Notes under the pieces: model-generated | Seen by the model: only the letters and a program-made list of their open reading frames with translations | Database searches by the model: none | What the model was told of the DNA's origin: nothing | Position numbers and translations under genes: made by a program | DNA from: a virus | Taxonomy: Duplodnaviria; Heunggongvirae; Uroviricota; Caudoviricetes | Length of the DNA: 64,000 nucleotides | IMG/VR virus record: IMGVR_UViG_3300021399_000001 | Coordinates: 5,905 to 69,904 of that record | Strand: one strand, 5' to 3' | Shown here: positions 8,965-18,979 of the stretch, piece by piece | Position numbering within the stretch: the stretch's first letter is position 1 | Layout of the letters: each line of letters begins with the position of its first letter

Positions 8965-10536
8965 TTATCCTGCGGCCGCAATATTGGCCTGAGTTTTCTC
9001 GGATTTTTCTTCATCGGGGAGTTCTGGACGACCTCCCTTATTATTTATGTCTTTGTTCTGCGAAGAACCTGTAGTATTTTGTGACGGATTTTCTTTTTTT
9101 CCTTCAGCAGCTACTTCAGTACCAGAAGTAGTAAAGGAAGATTGTAGAGGAATCATCTTTTCGGACATCTTTAAGAAATCGTTTTCAAAATTCATAATTG
9201 CTAATTGATCCATCTGTTTGATTCCCATAGATACACCCGCCAGCATTTTAGAATAACCATACTGAGCGCCACTAAAATATGTGCTTTGTAAATCTTTACG
9301 ATTAAACACTGTGGTAGGTAATATTTCAAAATCAAAAGTTAAACCTGTGCGCGCAAATTTTTCATTTATATGAAAACGTATCCAAGTTTCATATACATTT
9401 AAGAAACTTTGCATTAGCGCTTCATCTTTCTTAATAGAATAAGCAAGAGTAGAACTACCATCCGCGTTAAAAATAATAGAACTACGTCCTAACGCATCAT
9501 AGGCGTTTTTCTTATATTTTTCTATTCGGTCGGCGGATTGAGTCGCCGCGGATGTCTCTTGTAAACTTTCTAAATCAGTATCACCGAAAGTAGTAAGTAC
9601 ATCAACAGTATCTATATCACTCAGCATAGAAGCAACTGAAGAGTGTATATCAGCCACTTCATCTAATTGGAAAACTAATTCACCATCAGCTGTTATTGGC
9701 ATCCGTTCAATAAGTAATTTATATAACTCATTTTCATCACGTTTTTCTTCTCGTTTTACTGCATCTTTTAATTGTTTTAAATCTGGAATACTAGCAATTA
9801 AAAGAGGAGTTTGGTCGCCAGAAAAACAAAAACATACTCCACCCGAAGCGGATGGAATTTCTACCCAAGGGTCTAACATTCTTCTGCTACCTTCCCATTG
9901 CCAGAATGCTTCTTGTACTTCCTCTGGGAATGTTTCTATCATTTCAGCTTTTAACTCTGGAGTAAGAAACTTATCAAAATAATGTAAATTAAATTCAAGA
10001 ATATTTAAATTATTCATATCCTTAAATCTAGTACGACAATACTCTAAAGGTAGCTCATGAATAACTGCTTTTTCACCTTGCTGCCGCAAAATACCATTAT
10101 ATACCCCGGTCTTTAACCATTCAGTAGTAATTCGCATCAAAGTGTTTGGCAAATCTAAATTATCAACGAAACGGCAAGCATTATAAAATGCTTTTAATAT
10201 TTGTGCTTTAGAGCCTTTTCCCTCTTCAAACACAGGAATAACCATAGTATCATAAAGAAACAGACGAGCAAGAAAATCAATGTTATTGCGATATTCACCA
10301 TTCGTGCGATAATAATACCTTGATAATTCGCGCAAATCTTCTAAATCGCCTTCACAAATAATTTTTTCAATTTCGTCTAAACTAAAGTCTTGATAACGAA
10401 CAGGGTCATTAGTACGATAGCCCCAGCGTGAATATGCTCTATCACCAATTGGTAATCTGGGGCCACGATTTTTTATTGCTACCTTAAAATTGGTAAAATC
10501 GTATCTTTCTCTATCTTTTGCACTCACGCTATTCAC
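8965..10536 (-). CDS. Portal protein
   Basis: 523 aa directly after the terminase; C-terminal NKGGRP tail typical of portals. Confidence 0.75.
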   Translation of the reverse strand: MNSVSAKDRERYDFTNFKVAIKNRGPRLPIGDRAYSRWGYRTNDPVRYQDFSLDEIEKIICEGDLEDLRELSRYYYRTNGEYRNNIDFLARLFLYDTMVIPVFEEGKGSKAQILKAFYNACRFVDNLDLPNTLMRITTEWLKTGVYNGILRQQGEKAVIHELPLEYCRTRFKDMNNLNILEFNLHYFDKFLTPELKAEMIETFPEEVQEAFWQWEGSRRMLDPWVEIPSASGGVCFCFSGDQTPLLIASIPDLKQLKDAVKREEKRDENELYKLLIERMPITADGELVFQLDEVADIHSSVASMLSDIDTVDVLTTFGDTDLESLQETSAATQSADRIEKYKKNAYDALGRSSIIFNADGSSTLAYSIKKDEALMQSFLNVYETWIRFHINEKFARTGLTFDFEILPTTVFNRKDLQSTYFSGAQYGYSKMLAGVSMGIKQMDQLAIMNFENDFLKMSEKMIPLQSSFTTSGTEVAAEGKKENPSQNTTGSSQNKDINNKGGRPELPDEEKSEKTQANIAAAG

Positions 10537-12311
10537 CCCCTATTTCTTGGACTGAAAAAGGCATACTGCCCAAAATTTCTTTTCTTTGCTTTTCGCGCAG
10601 CTTTATCTTCATAATACTTTACCCTATAAAGACAATATTCTAATGCGGAAAAACGGTCTTTTGGGGTGGAAGCAGAAATACGCTCTACTTTAAATTGATT
10701 TTGAACACCGGTTGGTTTCAATTTCAAATTATTCAATTCATCCATTAAACGAGAAGTCATTTCATAAGGCAGTAAATAAACTCTTCTATCATATAATGTC
10801 ATTTTACGACCGCGCGCAGTTTTTAAAAGTTTATCTTTTACAATGCGTTCGTTAGCCAAAAATGAGACAGAGCCATTATTAATCTGCGCAAAGAAATTAG
10901 AATGAATTAAATCGTCATTAGATGAACCAGCTTTTATATCATATATAATAGCGTTTAGTTCTGGCATAGGCTCCTCCATTTCCTTTTTCTTATCAGGAGG
11001 CAAATGGTTTTCATCATTAAAAGTAAAATAAGCAGGAAAGGTTTCTCCTGTTTCTTTATTAAAAGAAGGAAGTACCATTGCATCTAATAAACCAATGCCG
11101 GGGCCATTACCGTCAATTACTATTTCGCGCGGATTGTATAATTGTATAAGTTTTTTCAAGCGAGGAGCCTGTTCAGTAATATAATTCGCGCCATGAATAA
11201 CTTCTGTATATACAATATTCTTTTTAAAACCATTAGAGTTTGGTAATACTTTTGCTACCATAATAGCCGTGTTAGCAGAATATCTAGCTACGTCTACCCC
11301 AATCATATAGAATGTATTTGGATTTGTAGGATTTTCTTGTGCTTTACGCTCGCATTTTAATAAAGTTCTGCGTTTGCTTAGCCGTTTAGAATCTAGCCAT
11401 GCTTCTTTACTATTACCAGTCCAAATAGATAAAGACTCACGCGCGAAAGAATCCTCATTCATTGTATTAGAATAGCGCTGGTCCATCAATGTAGCTTTAT
11501 CAATTAGACCGTAATGTAATGGCACTTCATATGAAAGACCCCATACAAAATATTCATTTGGCCGCAAAACGGCATTTACTGCGCACTCAATAAGTTTACT
11601 ATACATAAATACAGTTTTCTCGCGTGCTGTAGTAATGAAAATTTGTGCAGCGGTTGGCTCCTCTGGATTTAGAGAACCATCGACTTCACGGCGCGCCACG
11701 TTCATTTGAGGAAGTAAGACTTCATTGTAATCTTCTTCTTCAATAGTTGCGCACTCCTCTAATATACCAGCAGTAGCACGTAGACCACGGCTTGTATCTT
11801 TTGAGACAACAGTAATCATGCTACCATTGCGGAAACGTAGTTCATAGTAGTTACCGCTTTTCTTTTCACCTTGTTGACCACCGCTTTCGCGTGTCTGTAG
11901 TTCCTTTTGAAGCATTGGCCAATGGCGCCAAATTTCATTAAATTTAGCTTCGGCAATTTTGATTACCGTGCCTTTTACATCAGAAGAAATGAAGATATTG
12001 GAGCCAGGTAATAGGACCGCGCGCACAACAGAACTCAAATATGCTGTGAAAGATTTGGAAGTCGCGCGTGTAGCAGTCCAGTAATGATAGCGATAGCGCA
12101 TGGACGCGCGCAAAGCAATACGCTGATAGAAAAATAAATGAAAATGTTTTTTATCATCTTCTGGCTGTATTGCGTCCAAGAATAAATCAGGGTACAACAG
12201 CCAATAATTCAAATAAGAAGTAAAAAGTGTTTGATTATCATCAAGAAATTGTTTAGTAAGAACTACGCCCTTTTCAAGCGCAATGCCATCACGGATAAAC
12301 GTTTCCGCCAT
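10533..12311 (-). CDS. terL: Terminase large subunit
   Basis: Walker A-like ATRATSKS, Walker B GILEE, FITTA motif, RNase H-like IGVDVAR and DRFSALEY. Confidence 0.9.
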   Translation of the reverse strand: MAETFIRDGIALEKGVVLTKQFLDDNQTLFTSYLNYWLLYPDLFLDAIQPEDDKKHFHLFFYQRIALRASMRYRYHYWTATRATSKSFTAYLSSVVRAVLLPGSNIFISSDVKGTVIKIAEAKFNEIWRHWPMLQKELQTRESGGQQGEKKSGNYYELRFRNGSMITVVSKDTSRGLRATAGILEECATIEEEDYNEVLLPQMNVARREVDGSLNPEEPTAAQIFITTAREKTVFMYSKLIECAVNAVLRPNEYFVWGLSYEVPLHYGLIDKATLMDQRYSNTMNEDSFARESLSIWTGNSKEAWLDSKRLSKRRTLLKCERKAQENPTNPNTFYMIGVDVARYSANTAIMVAKVLPNSNGFKKNIVYTEVIHGANYITEQAPRLKKLIQLYNPREIVIDGNGPGIGLLDAMVLPSFNKETGETFPAYFTFNDENHLPPDKKKEMEEPMPELNAIIYDIKAGSSNDDLIHSNFFAQINNGSVSFLANERIVKDKLLKTARGRKMTLYDRRVYLLPYEMTSRLMDELNNLKLKPTGVQNQFKVERISASTPKDRFSALEYCLYRVKYYEDKAARKAKKRNFGQYAFFSPRNRG

Positions 12312-13236
12312 TTAAATCCCTCAATAAAGAATCTTCATCTTCATATTGGATATTTGCTGTTTCATCAAATTCTACTTCTTCATTTTCAATATTCTCTAAT
12401 CTTTCTGTCAAATTGAAACGTTCGCGTTTATCTTCTACTTGCTCTGCGAAATTACCTTCATTTACTACTAAGCGGCGCAAGTAGTTTTGAATATTTTGCA
12501 TACAGAAATCAACATCGTCTTTTGGTTCTGTATGCCATTTGGGGTGCCAACCCTTTTTGCCGTAGTACACCATTAATTCACCTACCGATTCAAAGTCTGC
12601 GGCATTTTTGGCATTGGAAGCTTCAAATTTAGCTATTTTTATTATGTTATCGCGGGCGTCCATATCCTTCTTTATATCTAGGCCTTCACGCAAACCTTTC
12701 TTGATGCGCAATTCAATTTCGCAAAGATCGCGCGCGTAGTGCTGAAGGATAGGAGTGGAAACATTTTGGGTCGCGATTATTTGGTTATAGTATTCTTCAA
12801 GGAATAGAAGTTCGTCTGGTGTGTAGGCGGGAGACCAAGTTTTTTTAAGTTTGCGCATTTTAGCTTCACTTAATTCTTTGATTTCTTCGTCTATTGTTTG
12901 TTCTTCGCGCGCAATACGCCACCGTTCATTTTCATCGGACCACGATACACTGTTATATCGTTCGTCAAGAAGGGTGTTGAAGTAAGCGGAAAGCGTGCGG
13001 TCGCCATGTATTTTATAAAGCGATGCCCATTTATCCATATCGAATGGTAAGTCTAGGTACTGGCAAAGTTTATCAACTTCATTAAAGTTATCTTGCCGCA
13101 CCATTTTCTCCAAACAGGAAGTACAAATCATAGAACGATGCCCTGGGAAGAAAGGTGATTCAGTATGGGCAAATTCATATTCAGGTTTTTCCTGTTTGCA
13201 TTTTAGGCAACGCCGAGTCTTTATTGCGCCTGTCAT
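12289..13236 (-). CDS. Putative terminase small subunit/packaging protein with N-terminal Zn ribbon
   Basis: 315 aa overlapping terL; CLKC...CTSC; position matches SPbeta yonG. Confidence 0.5.
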   Translation of the reverse strand: MTGAIKTRRCLKCKQEKPEYEFAHTESPFFPGHRSMICTSCLEKMVRQDNFNEVDKLCQYLDLPFDMDKWASLYKIHGDRTLSAYFNTLLDERYNSVSWSDENERWRIAREEQTIDEEIKELSEAKMRKLKKTWSPAYTPDELLFLEEYYNQIIATQNVSTPILQHYARDLCEIELRIKKGLREGLDIKKDMDARDNIIKIAKFEASNAKNAADFESVGELMVYYGKKGWHPKWHTEPKDDVDFCMQNIQNYLRRLVVNEGNFAEQVEDKRERFNLTERLENIENEEVEFDETANIQYEDEDSLLRDLNGGNVYP

Positions 13237-14509
13237 ATTGTGACTGACCTCCTTTTGCTATGCGTTTTTTGCGCTCACATTCTTTACAGTTGGAGGCGAA
13301 TTTATCTTTGCGGCTGTTGTTAGTAGCGAAAAAATAGTTGTTGCGCGGCAACCATTGTTTGCAGGTGAAACATTGTTTACGCTCTGATTGTGGTGCTGTT
13401 AGGAGCATACGGTGCTTGGTTGCGGCGGCTGCCATCTTTTCTGGTATTTCTTTGGAGAGGATGGTGCAAAGATGATTTTCGTTGTATTTAAGACCAAATT
13501 TTTCTTGCAACTCGGCCACGATGGTTGGGTATGGTGCTTTGTCGATCTTGCGTGTAAGAATGTATTCACGCACAGGTGAAAACCCTACCATATCAAAATA
13601 GCGGTCAAAATCATAAATTAGGGTACGGCCCCAACTGTCGAGCTTTTCGCCCAATTCCATATAGATAGCGCTATAATTGTTGATTAGTGCCTTGATGTGG
13701 GCTGGGTTTTCCCAATCAAAAGTGTGCCGGCGCACTACCCATTTTACTTCTTTTTCTCCGGTAGCAGGATTAATACGAGTTTCGTAATCATCTAGGTTGC
13801 GGGAGATAGTGTGAAGAAGGGCGTTATCTACACGTTCTTGCCATTGGGATAGTGGCATCCAATAGTATGCGTCGGAGTCCCAATTGTAGGTTTGAGCCTT
13901 GGGCGGAGTAATAGCAAGAAAATGAAGTGTGGGTTTATAGCTGTCTTTTAGGTAGTATTGGTGGCGCTTGATGTCTATAAGGGCATGTTTGAATTGGTAG
14001 AAACGGTAAGAGTCGGTGAATAGTTGAGTGTCTGGATCGGGCGGGACAGTGCCTTCATTTACTGCCTTGATGTGGTCTAGGCGGTCAATAGTTTCCCAAA
14101 GTTGGGTCATGCCTGGGACATCGCTATCACCTGGGTCGATCATTTCGCCGGTGGTTTTGTCATATTTTGGGCGGCGAATAGTTGGTTTCTTTTTAGTATA
14201 AATGTAGCGAGATTCTAGAGTTTGAAGGGATTGCTGGTCGCTTAGGGGGTTATCTAGAATTTCGTCTAGGGAGTGAACTTTGTCTGCGGCTTTCTGAAAC
14301 GATTTGTAGCGTTTGTCAGAATCGGTGGTTTCGCCGCGCTGGACTGCGTTTTTGCCTTCTTCATCTTTGCCGTAGAGGATGTAGGAGGCCATTTGCTCTA
14401 ATTCAGAGTTGGTGGGGTTGGTTTCCAAAGTGTCAAGAATTTCGCGGACTGCTTCTAAGCGATCTACGTCTCGCTCTATGGAATAGTCAAGTGAGTATTT
14501 TTTCTTCAT
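13181..14509 (-). CDS. Putative DNA-binding regulator (HTH-like plus C-terminal Zn finger)
   Basis: 442 aa; PYPTIVAELQEKFGLKYNENHLCTIL HTH-like segment; CFTC...CKEC; has its own promoter. Confidence 0.45.
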   Translation of the reverse strand: MKKKYSLDYSIERDVDRLEAVREILDTLETNPTNSELEQMASYILYGKDEEGKNAVQRGETTDSDKRYKSFQKAADKVHSLDEILDNPLSDQQSLQTLESRYIYTKKKPTIRRPKYDKTTGEMIDPGDSDVPGMTQLWETIDRLDHIKAVNEGTVPPDPDTQLFTDSYRFYQFKHALIDIKRHQYYLKDSYKPTLHFLAITPPKAQTYNWDSDAYYWMPLSQWQERVDNALLHTISRNLDDYETRINPATGEKEVKWVVRRHTFDWENPAHIKALINNYSAIYMELGEKLDSWGRTLIYDFDRYFDMVGFSPVREYILTRKIDKAPYPTIVAELQEKFGLKYNENHLCTILSKEIPEKMAAAATKHRMLLTAPQSERKQCFTCKQWLPRNNYFFATNNSRKDKFASNCKECERKKRIAKGGQSQYDRRNKDSALPKMQTGKT

Positions 14510-14551
14510 GCTTTACATCTCCGTTGGGAGATACAACTTCCTTCATTTTAC

Positions 14552-14580
14552 AGTTTATCATATTTTGGAGGATTTGTCAA
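14552..14580 (-). promoter_or_regulatory. sigmaA promoter for the leftward packaging operon
   Basis: TTGACA-17-TAAACT on the minus strand upstream of ATG 14509. Confidence 0.7.
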
Positions 14581-14743
14581 GTGTTTGAGTTAGGAATTTT
14601 GGCGGTTGGTGGTTACGAAAATTTCTGGTTGGTGGAATTTGGGGAGGGGCCCAGGTTGGGCCAAAAAATGAGGTCAAAAATCCCGCATGTATCCCGCCCA
14701 TAGCTGCATTTTTGTAAACTTGATGTAAATTGGCAAATATCTA

Positions 14744-14772
14744 TTGCATTTTATCAGCTATCATGTTATAAT
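14744..14772 (+). promoter_or_regulatory. sigmaA promoter for the rightward GC-rich operon
   Basis: TTGCAT-17-TATAAT with TG extension. Confidence 0.7.
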
Positions 14773-14778
14773 TCAATC

Positions 14779-15090
14779 GTCGCAAGGGAAAACCGAGCGG
14801 CGGCCACCCCGATGGGGTCGCCCACTGTAGCAGCGCGAGGGCCAGCGCGTGACGGCCCAGCACCACCCAGCTCCTTGACAATTTCATAGCCCCAGACCAT
14901 CACCACGAAGTGAGGAAAGACGCAGACGACCAGCGATGATGAGCGACCCCGGAATGCGACCGAGGAAGCGAGCGGGAATGCGTGAAATGTTGTAACGACG
15001 TGGAGCTGGTATGGTTTTAGAGGAACGTGAAGCACATGAGGCCAGCCACCTCGGACGTAACTATGTCAACCAACGACCGTCAATGAAAAG
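14779..15090 (+). ncRNA. Long GC-rich structured leader or candidate ncRNA
   Basis: About 320 nt with no convincing ORF between promoter and ATG 15102; hairpins ACCCC-GAT-GGGGT and GGGCC...GGCCC; long-range CCAGCTCC (14867-14874) / GGAGCTGG (15002-15009). Confidence 0.45.
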
Positions 15091-15101
15091 GAGGAACCAC
15101 C

Positions 15102-15698
15102 ATGAAGAAGCCCGAATTTTTCCGCGACACCATCATGTCTGTCGAGGAAGCCATCGCCATCTTGTCTTTGCTTGCAGACGCTGAAGGCATCGTGAAGGTC
15201 GAGGACAAGTTGGGAGGCCCCAGCCACGAGGCGCGACTTGCGTCCACGAAGGCCACGAAGGACACCACGCCGATTCAGTCCGCCATCCAGTACATCATCG
15301 ACAGCCCTGCCGATGTGTTTGCGGTGAACGTGACCATCGCCGGAACCCGCGGCCGAGCGAAAAATCCCCAGCCCGACCGAATGTTCTCAGCCTTCTATCC
15401 GAAGGCGGCCATCCTTGCAGGCGCTAAAGCCTTCGGCCCGACCTTTACCGTTCACACAAACTGTGTGACCTTCCATCGTGTTGGAGCGCGCGAAATGACC
15501 CAGACGTTCGGCCTACCGTTGTGCGCAGTCGAGTGCCCATTCGCCTTGAAGGATGTTCCAGCCGACTACAGCCGACCCGCTGCTCCCTATGCGAAAGCGT
15601 GGGAAAATTACCTGTCCACGACCTTCCATGCGCACAACGTGGCGAACCTGAACGGAAGCCGTTACGACATGCGCTTGAAGTTCGTCAATAACGACTAA
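15102..15698 (+). CDS. Hypothetical protein (GC-rich operon)
   Basis: 198 aa, AAGGAGG RBS. Confidence 0.75.
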   Translation: MKKPEFFRDTIMSVEEAIAILSLLADAEGIVKVEDKLGGPSHEARLASTKATKDTTPIQSAIQYIIDSPADVFAVNVTIAGTRGRAKNPQPDRMFSAFYPKAAILAGAKAFGPTFTVHTNCVTFHRVGAREMTQTFGLPLCAVECPFALKDVPADYSRPAAPYAKAWENYLSTTFHAHNVANLNGSRYDMRLKFVNND

Positions 15699-15764
15699 TC
15701 GACCACGGCAGGGCGCAAGCCCTGCCGAACCAACCAATCAACGATATTGAAGGGAGATATAACC

Positions 15765-16070
15765 ATGAAGTTCAACACCATCATCATCTACGCCACCAAT
15801 GAGAACGCCGAGCAGATTCTCAAACATGCCGAGCACATTCTCCGCTTTAGCTGGAATCTTTACGGGTTCAAGCGCATCAACTCGGGTTATCAGACCATCA
15901 TGACCGACGGGTTCGGTAATCCCTGGCCCTATGAGCGCCTGCTCAAGTTGTTCGCCATCGCCATCGAGGTGCCGGAGTGCATGGACTACCGCACTGTTGT
16001 GGCCTACCTGCACGAGGCCGCTTGCCACGTCAACTGCTACGCGGAATACCATTTCGTGAACCTTGACTAA
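15765..16070 (+). CDS. Hypothetical protein
   Basis: ATG 15765 after AGGGAG; C-ending codon bias. Confidence 0.7.
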   Translation: MKFNTIIIYATNENAEQILKHAEHILRFSWNLYGFKRINSGYQTIMTDGFGNPWPYERLLKLFAIAIEVPECMDYRTVVAYLHEAACHVNCYAEYHFVNLD

Positions 16071-16126
16071 TCAACAAGGGAGGGCGCAAGCCCTCCCATT
16101 CCAACAAACAAAAGGAGGATACAATC

Positions 16127-16354
16127 ATGAAGTATGTTTTCGTTACCCACGAGGGCGCCGACCTGTTCCCTGTTCGCGAGACCATGGAGGCCGCGATTGC
16201 CATGGTGATGCAGCGCGCCTTGATTTTCGACCTGACTGTTCAGGCGATTGAGTTCGACCGCGACGAGACCAAAATTCTTCTCTACGACGAGAAGAACGAC
16301 GAGTTCCACGACTACATCATCGAGCGCTGCCCCTTCGCGAAGGGCATCATCTAA
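16127..16354 (+). CDS. Hypothetical protein
   Basis: 75 aa, AAGGAGG RBS. Confidence 0.7.
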   Translation: MKYVFVTHEGADLFPVRETMEAAIAMVMQRALIFDLTVQAIEFDRDETKILLYDEKNDEFHDYIIERCPFAKGII

Positions 16355-16405
16355 TCGACCGGGAGGGCGCGAGCCCTCCCAACCAAATAAAAGGAGGATA
16401 TAATC

Positions 16406-16687
16406 ATGAAGATCATCAACTGCGGCATCGTCACCTACGTCATCAGCGGGAACCACATCGCAACCATCGTCTACAACTACAACGACGGCAAGCCTGCCGC
16501 TGCTATCTACCTTGACGGCCAGCACGGCGGCGTCGTCGAGGCCGAGAACGGCCAGACTATGCGCTACGCAATGCGAATCGCCATCTTTCACGTCAAGGCT
16601 GACGCCTATTGGGACGAGGTCAGCCGCTATGACGTCAGCGCGGAGGACTTAAACGAATGGCAGGCCGCAAGCTGTGGCCTGTGCTAA
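16406..16687 (+). CDS. Hypothetical protein
   Basis: 93 aa, AGGAGG RBS, followed by a terminator. Confidence 0.7.
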   Translation: MKIINCGIVTYVISGNHIATIVYNYNDGKPAAAIYLDGQHGGVVEAENGQTMRYAMRIAIFHVKADAYWDEVSRYDVSAEDLNEWQAASCGLC

Positions 16688-17005
16688 AAGAGGGCGCAAG
16701 CCCTCTTTTTTTTCGCCGTCTGTTAGTTGCGGCTAACCTCGGCTTCGCGCGCTGTTAAATTTTTGTTAAGTTTATGTTAACCTCGGCTTCGGCCGGCGCG
16801 CGAATTAGGCACGGCCAATTGAATGTTAAGAATGTTAATTAGATTATACGTGAGGTCTAATTTACACACATTTAACATACAACTTTACGCGCATTTAACA
16901 CAATTATGCTTTTTTCTTAACACACTTGTGCTATACTATATATAATGAGAGTATGTTAAGGATAAGTTAAAATTGTTAAGAGTATGTTAAGGGGAGGTTA
17001 AAATT

Positions 17006-17284
17006 ATGTTAAAATTGTGTAATTTTTCTGTTAAGTATGCAGGTTACAGGTATGTTAAGAAAGCGTTTAGATTGTATAACGCCACCGAAATCTGTCAATA
17101 TTGGTCAAAGAAAGACTATATTGTAGGCAGCTGGGAAGCTGGAGACGATATTATGCCAGCTGGGTATTATTATTGGAGCTGTCACACCACGCGGGCAGCT
17201 GCTGAAAAGAAAGCAGCTGCGTTAAAAGATGGTAAAGTATTCCATAGATCGCAAATAGTGTTTTGTCACGTTGACGAATTTTAA
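17006..17284 (+). CDS. Cassette hypothetical protein
   Basis: 92 aa, GGGGAGG RBS. Confidence 0.6.
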   Translation: MLKLCNFSVKYAGYRYVKKAFRLYNATEICQYWSKKDYIVGSWEAGDDIMPAGYYYWSCHTTRAAAEKKAAALKDGKVFHRSQIVFCHVDEF

Positions 17285-17357
17285 TCAATTCTTAACTTGA
17301 CAGTGATTAATAAATTTGGTATAATATAATCAGAAAGAAACGAAAGGGGTAATTCAA

Positions 17358-17612
17358 ATGAAGTTTTACATGGTAATGTGTCATCGTGGACACTGTGGGA
17401 CGGGCCATAGCACTGAAATCAAGTTCGCAATTATGGCGAACAATCTACTTGAAGCGTGCGACAAGGCGCGCAGGATGCCAAGCGTAAAACATACCCGCAT
17501 GGCGATATTCGGTAAAGAAATTACCGAACAGGAATATAACAGTTACAGACAAGTGAGCGCGTATGACAGATTTAACCAACAAAGTGCAAAACTTAACAGG
17601 AAACGGCGCTAA
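17358..17612 (+). CDS. Cassette hypothetical protein (CHRGHCG motif)
   Basis: 84 aa, own promoter, stop codon within the terminator loop. Confidence 0.75.
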   Translation: MKFYMVMCHRGHCGTGHSTEIKFAIMANNLLEACDKARRMPSVKHTRMAIFGKEITEQEYNSYRQVSAYDRFNQQSAKLNRKRR

Positions 17613-17696
17613 GGCACCGTTTCCTTTTATTATCGTTATGTTAATTATAATACACGTATATTTTATTTTTCCTAAAATTAATATTCCATTTTTGAA

Positions 17697-17867
17697 TTAA
17701 TGGAATAATGCGGGAATAAGAAAAAGTAAAATAAATCCCAAAAGCGCAATTACAAATTCAAACGTAAAAGAACAAATTATATTTACCGTTTTCTTAATAT
17801 CCTCAAAAGTCAACCGATAGAACCACATTTTAATTTTATAAGACCACGATTTACGAGTACGTTTCAT
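17697..17867 (-). CDS. Inverted cassette, small membrane protein
   Basis: ATG 17867 after GGAG; hydrophobic C-terminus; TTGCTT-17-TATAAT promoter on the minus strand. Confidence 0.6.
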   Translation of the reverse strand: MKRTRKSWSYKIKMWFYRLTFEDIKKTVNIICSFTFEFVIALLGFILLFLIPALFH

Positions 17868-18112
17868 TTTTGATTCACTCCTTGCCTTTTCTTTAATCCT
17901 ATTATAGCACAATCCCGAAACTAAAGCAAGTACAAAATTAAATTTATGTTATGACAAGATTATGACAGAAAATAATTTCAAAGTCAAATTTCATTTTAAT
18001 TCTATGTTAATTACATTCAACGTATATCCTAATTTACAATCCTTTAACTTGACATTTCATTATAGATTTGATATAATCATTACAGAACAGAAAAGAAAGG
18101 GGTTTTCCTAAA

Positions 18113-18253
18113 ATGAAGATTTACGTTATTGATTGCAATGGTTTCCAGGGTAGCGCGCGTTATTCCCGTTTTGACGAAGCACAGGCCGCGGCCGAATGGC
18201 GCACACATTGCACAGGAATGGAATGGAAAGTACGGGAGTTGATACTCCCGTAA
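18113..18253 (+). CDS. Cassette microprotein, 46 aa (MKIYVIDCNG...)
   Basis: Below the ORF-track cutoff; complete palindrome-promoter-RBS-terminator context. Confidence 0.7.
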   Translation: MKIYVIDCNGFQGSARYSRFDEAQAAAEWRTHCTGMEWKVRELILP

Positions 18254-18377
18254 TTTCATTTTAAGTTTATGTTAATTAGACATCACGTTGTCTATAATTT
18301 ACAATCCTTTAACTTGACATTTCATTTCTAACGTGATATAATCATTACAGAAACAAACGAAAGGGGAGTATCCTAAA

Positions 18378-18527
18378 ATGACTAAACACAACACTGTTCG
18401 CACATGGGAGGATTTGACCGATCAGGAACAGGTTTACATGTGGTGGGATTATAATTTCGCCAATCCCGATGATCCGGTTTCATTTCCGACTTTCGATGAA
18501 ATGATGCAGGGATTCACTTTCGAGTGA
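18378..18527 (+). CDS. Cassette microprotein, 49 aa (MTKHNTVRTW...)
   Basis: Upstream ~110 bp nearly identical to that of the 18113 cassette; terminator GGGATTCACT-TTCG-AGTGAATCCC. Confidence 0.7.
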   Translation: MTKHNTVRTWEDLTDQEQVYMWWDYNFANPDDPVSFPTFDEMMQGFTFE

Positions 18528-18608
18528 ATCCCATAACTTATATTATCGCAATGTTAATTACATCACACGTAGAGTGTAATTAACATGATTTCAAAATAAA
18601 ACCGTATG

Positions 18609-18797
18609 TTAGACATACGGCGCGAAAATCTCTTCAAGTTCCCGAATTTGGTATGGATAACACCAAACACCAATTTCCACATATCCAGATATACTACTAA
18701 GTCGATAGTTATAAGAATTAAAACCATGATCTTCCAGAATCTCAAACAGGCCATCAAGAGCAGAATTGAATTCAACGACATAGCACTTAACTTCCAT
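18609..18797 (-). CDS. Inverted cassette hypothetical protein
   Basis: 62 aa; lies between palindromes 18553 and 18873 with its own promoter and terminator. Confidence 0.7.
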   Translation of the reverse strand: MEVKCYVVEFNSALDGLFEILEDHGFNSYNYRLSSISGYVEIGVWCYPYQIRELEEIFAPYV

Positions 18798-18979
18798 TTC
18801 AAAAATACCTCGCTTTCCTAACTTTCAAGAATATTATAGCATATAAATCCTAAAACGTCAAGTTAATTGTTTGTTAATTACAATAGACGTATTATGTATT
18901 TTACATACTTTTTACTTGACATTTCATAAAGATTATGCTATACTATCTATAGAAACAAAGAAAGGAACGGTATCCCGAA

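Larger units (their letters stand above)
15706..16712 (+). repeat. Four intergenic GRGGGC-GCRA-GCCCYC hairpins
   Basis: Copies at 15706-15727, 16078-16097, 16361-16380 (no U tract) and 16686-16709 (U tract, terminator). Confidence 0.85.

Noticed and set aside
14766-15035. 89-aa minus-strand ORF
   Set aside because: No RBS or promoter; it overlaps the plus-strand structured leader and is likely open only because of high GC content.
18001-18040. Xer/dif or pdif sites (TATGTTAAWT resembles the XerD arm TTATGTTAAAT)
   Set aside because: The arms point inward around a 12-bp centre rather than outward from a 6-bp spacer, and there is no XerC arm; the resemblance may be chance in AT-rich DNA.
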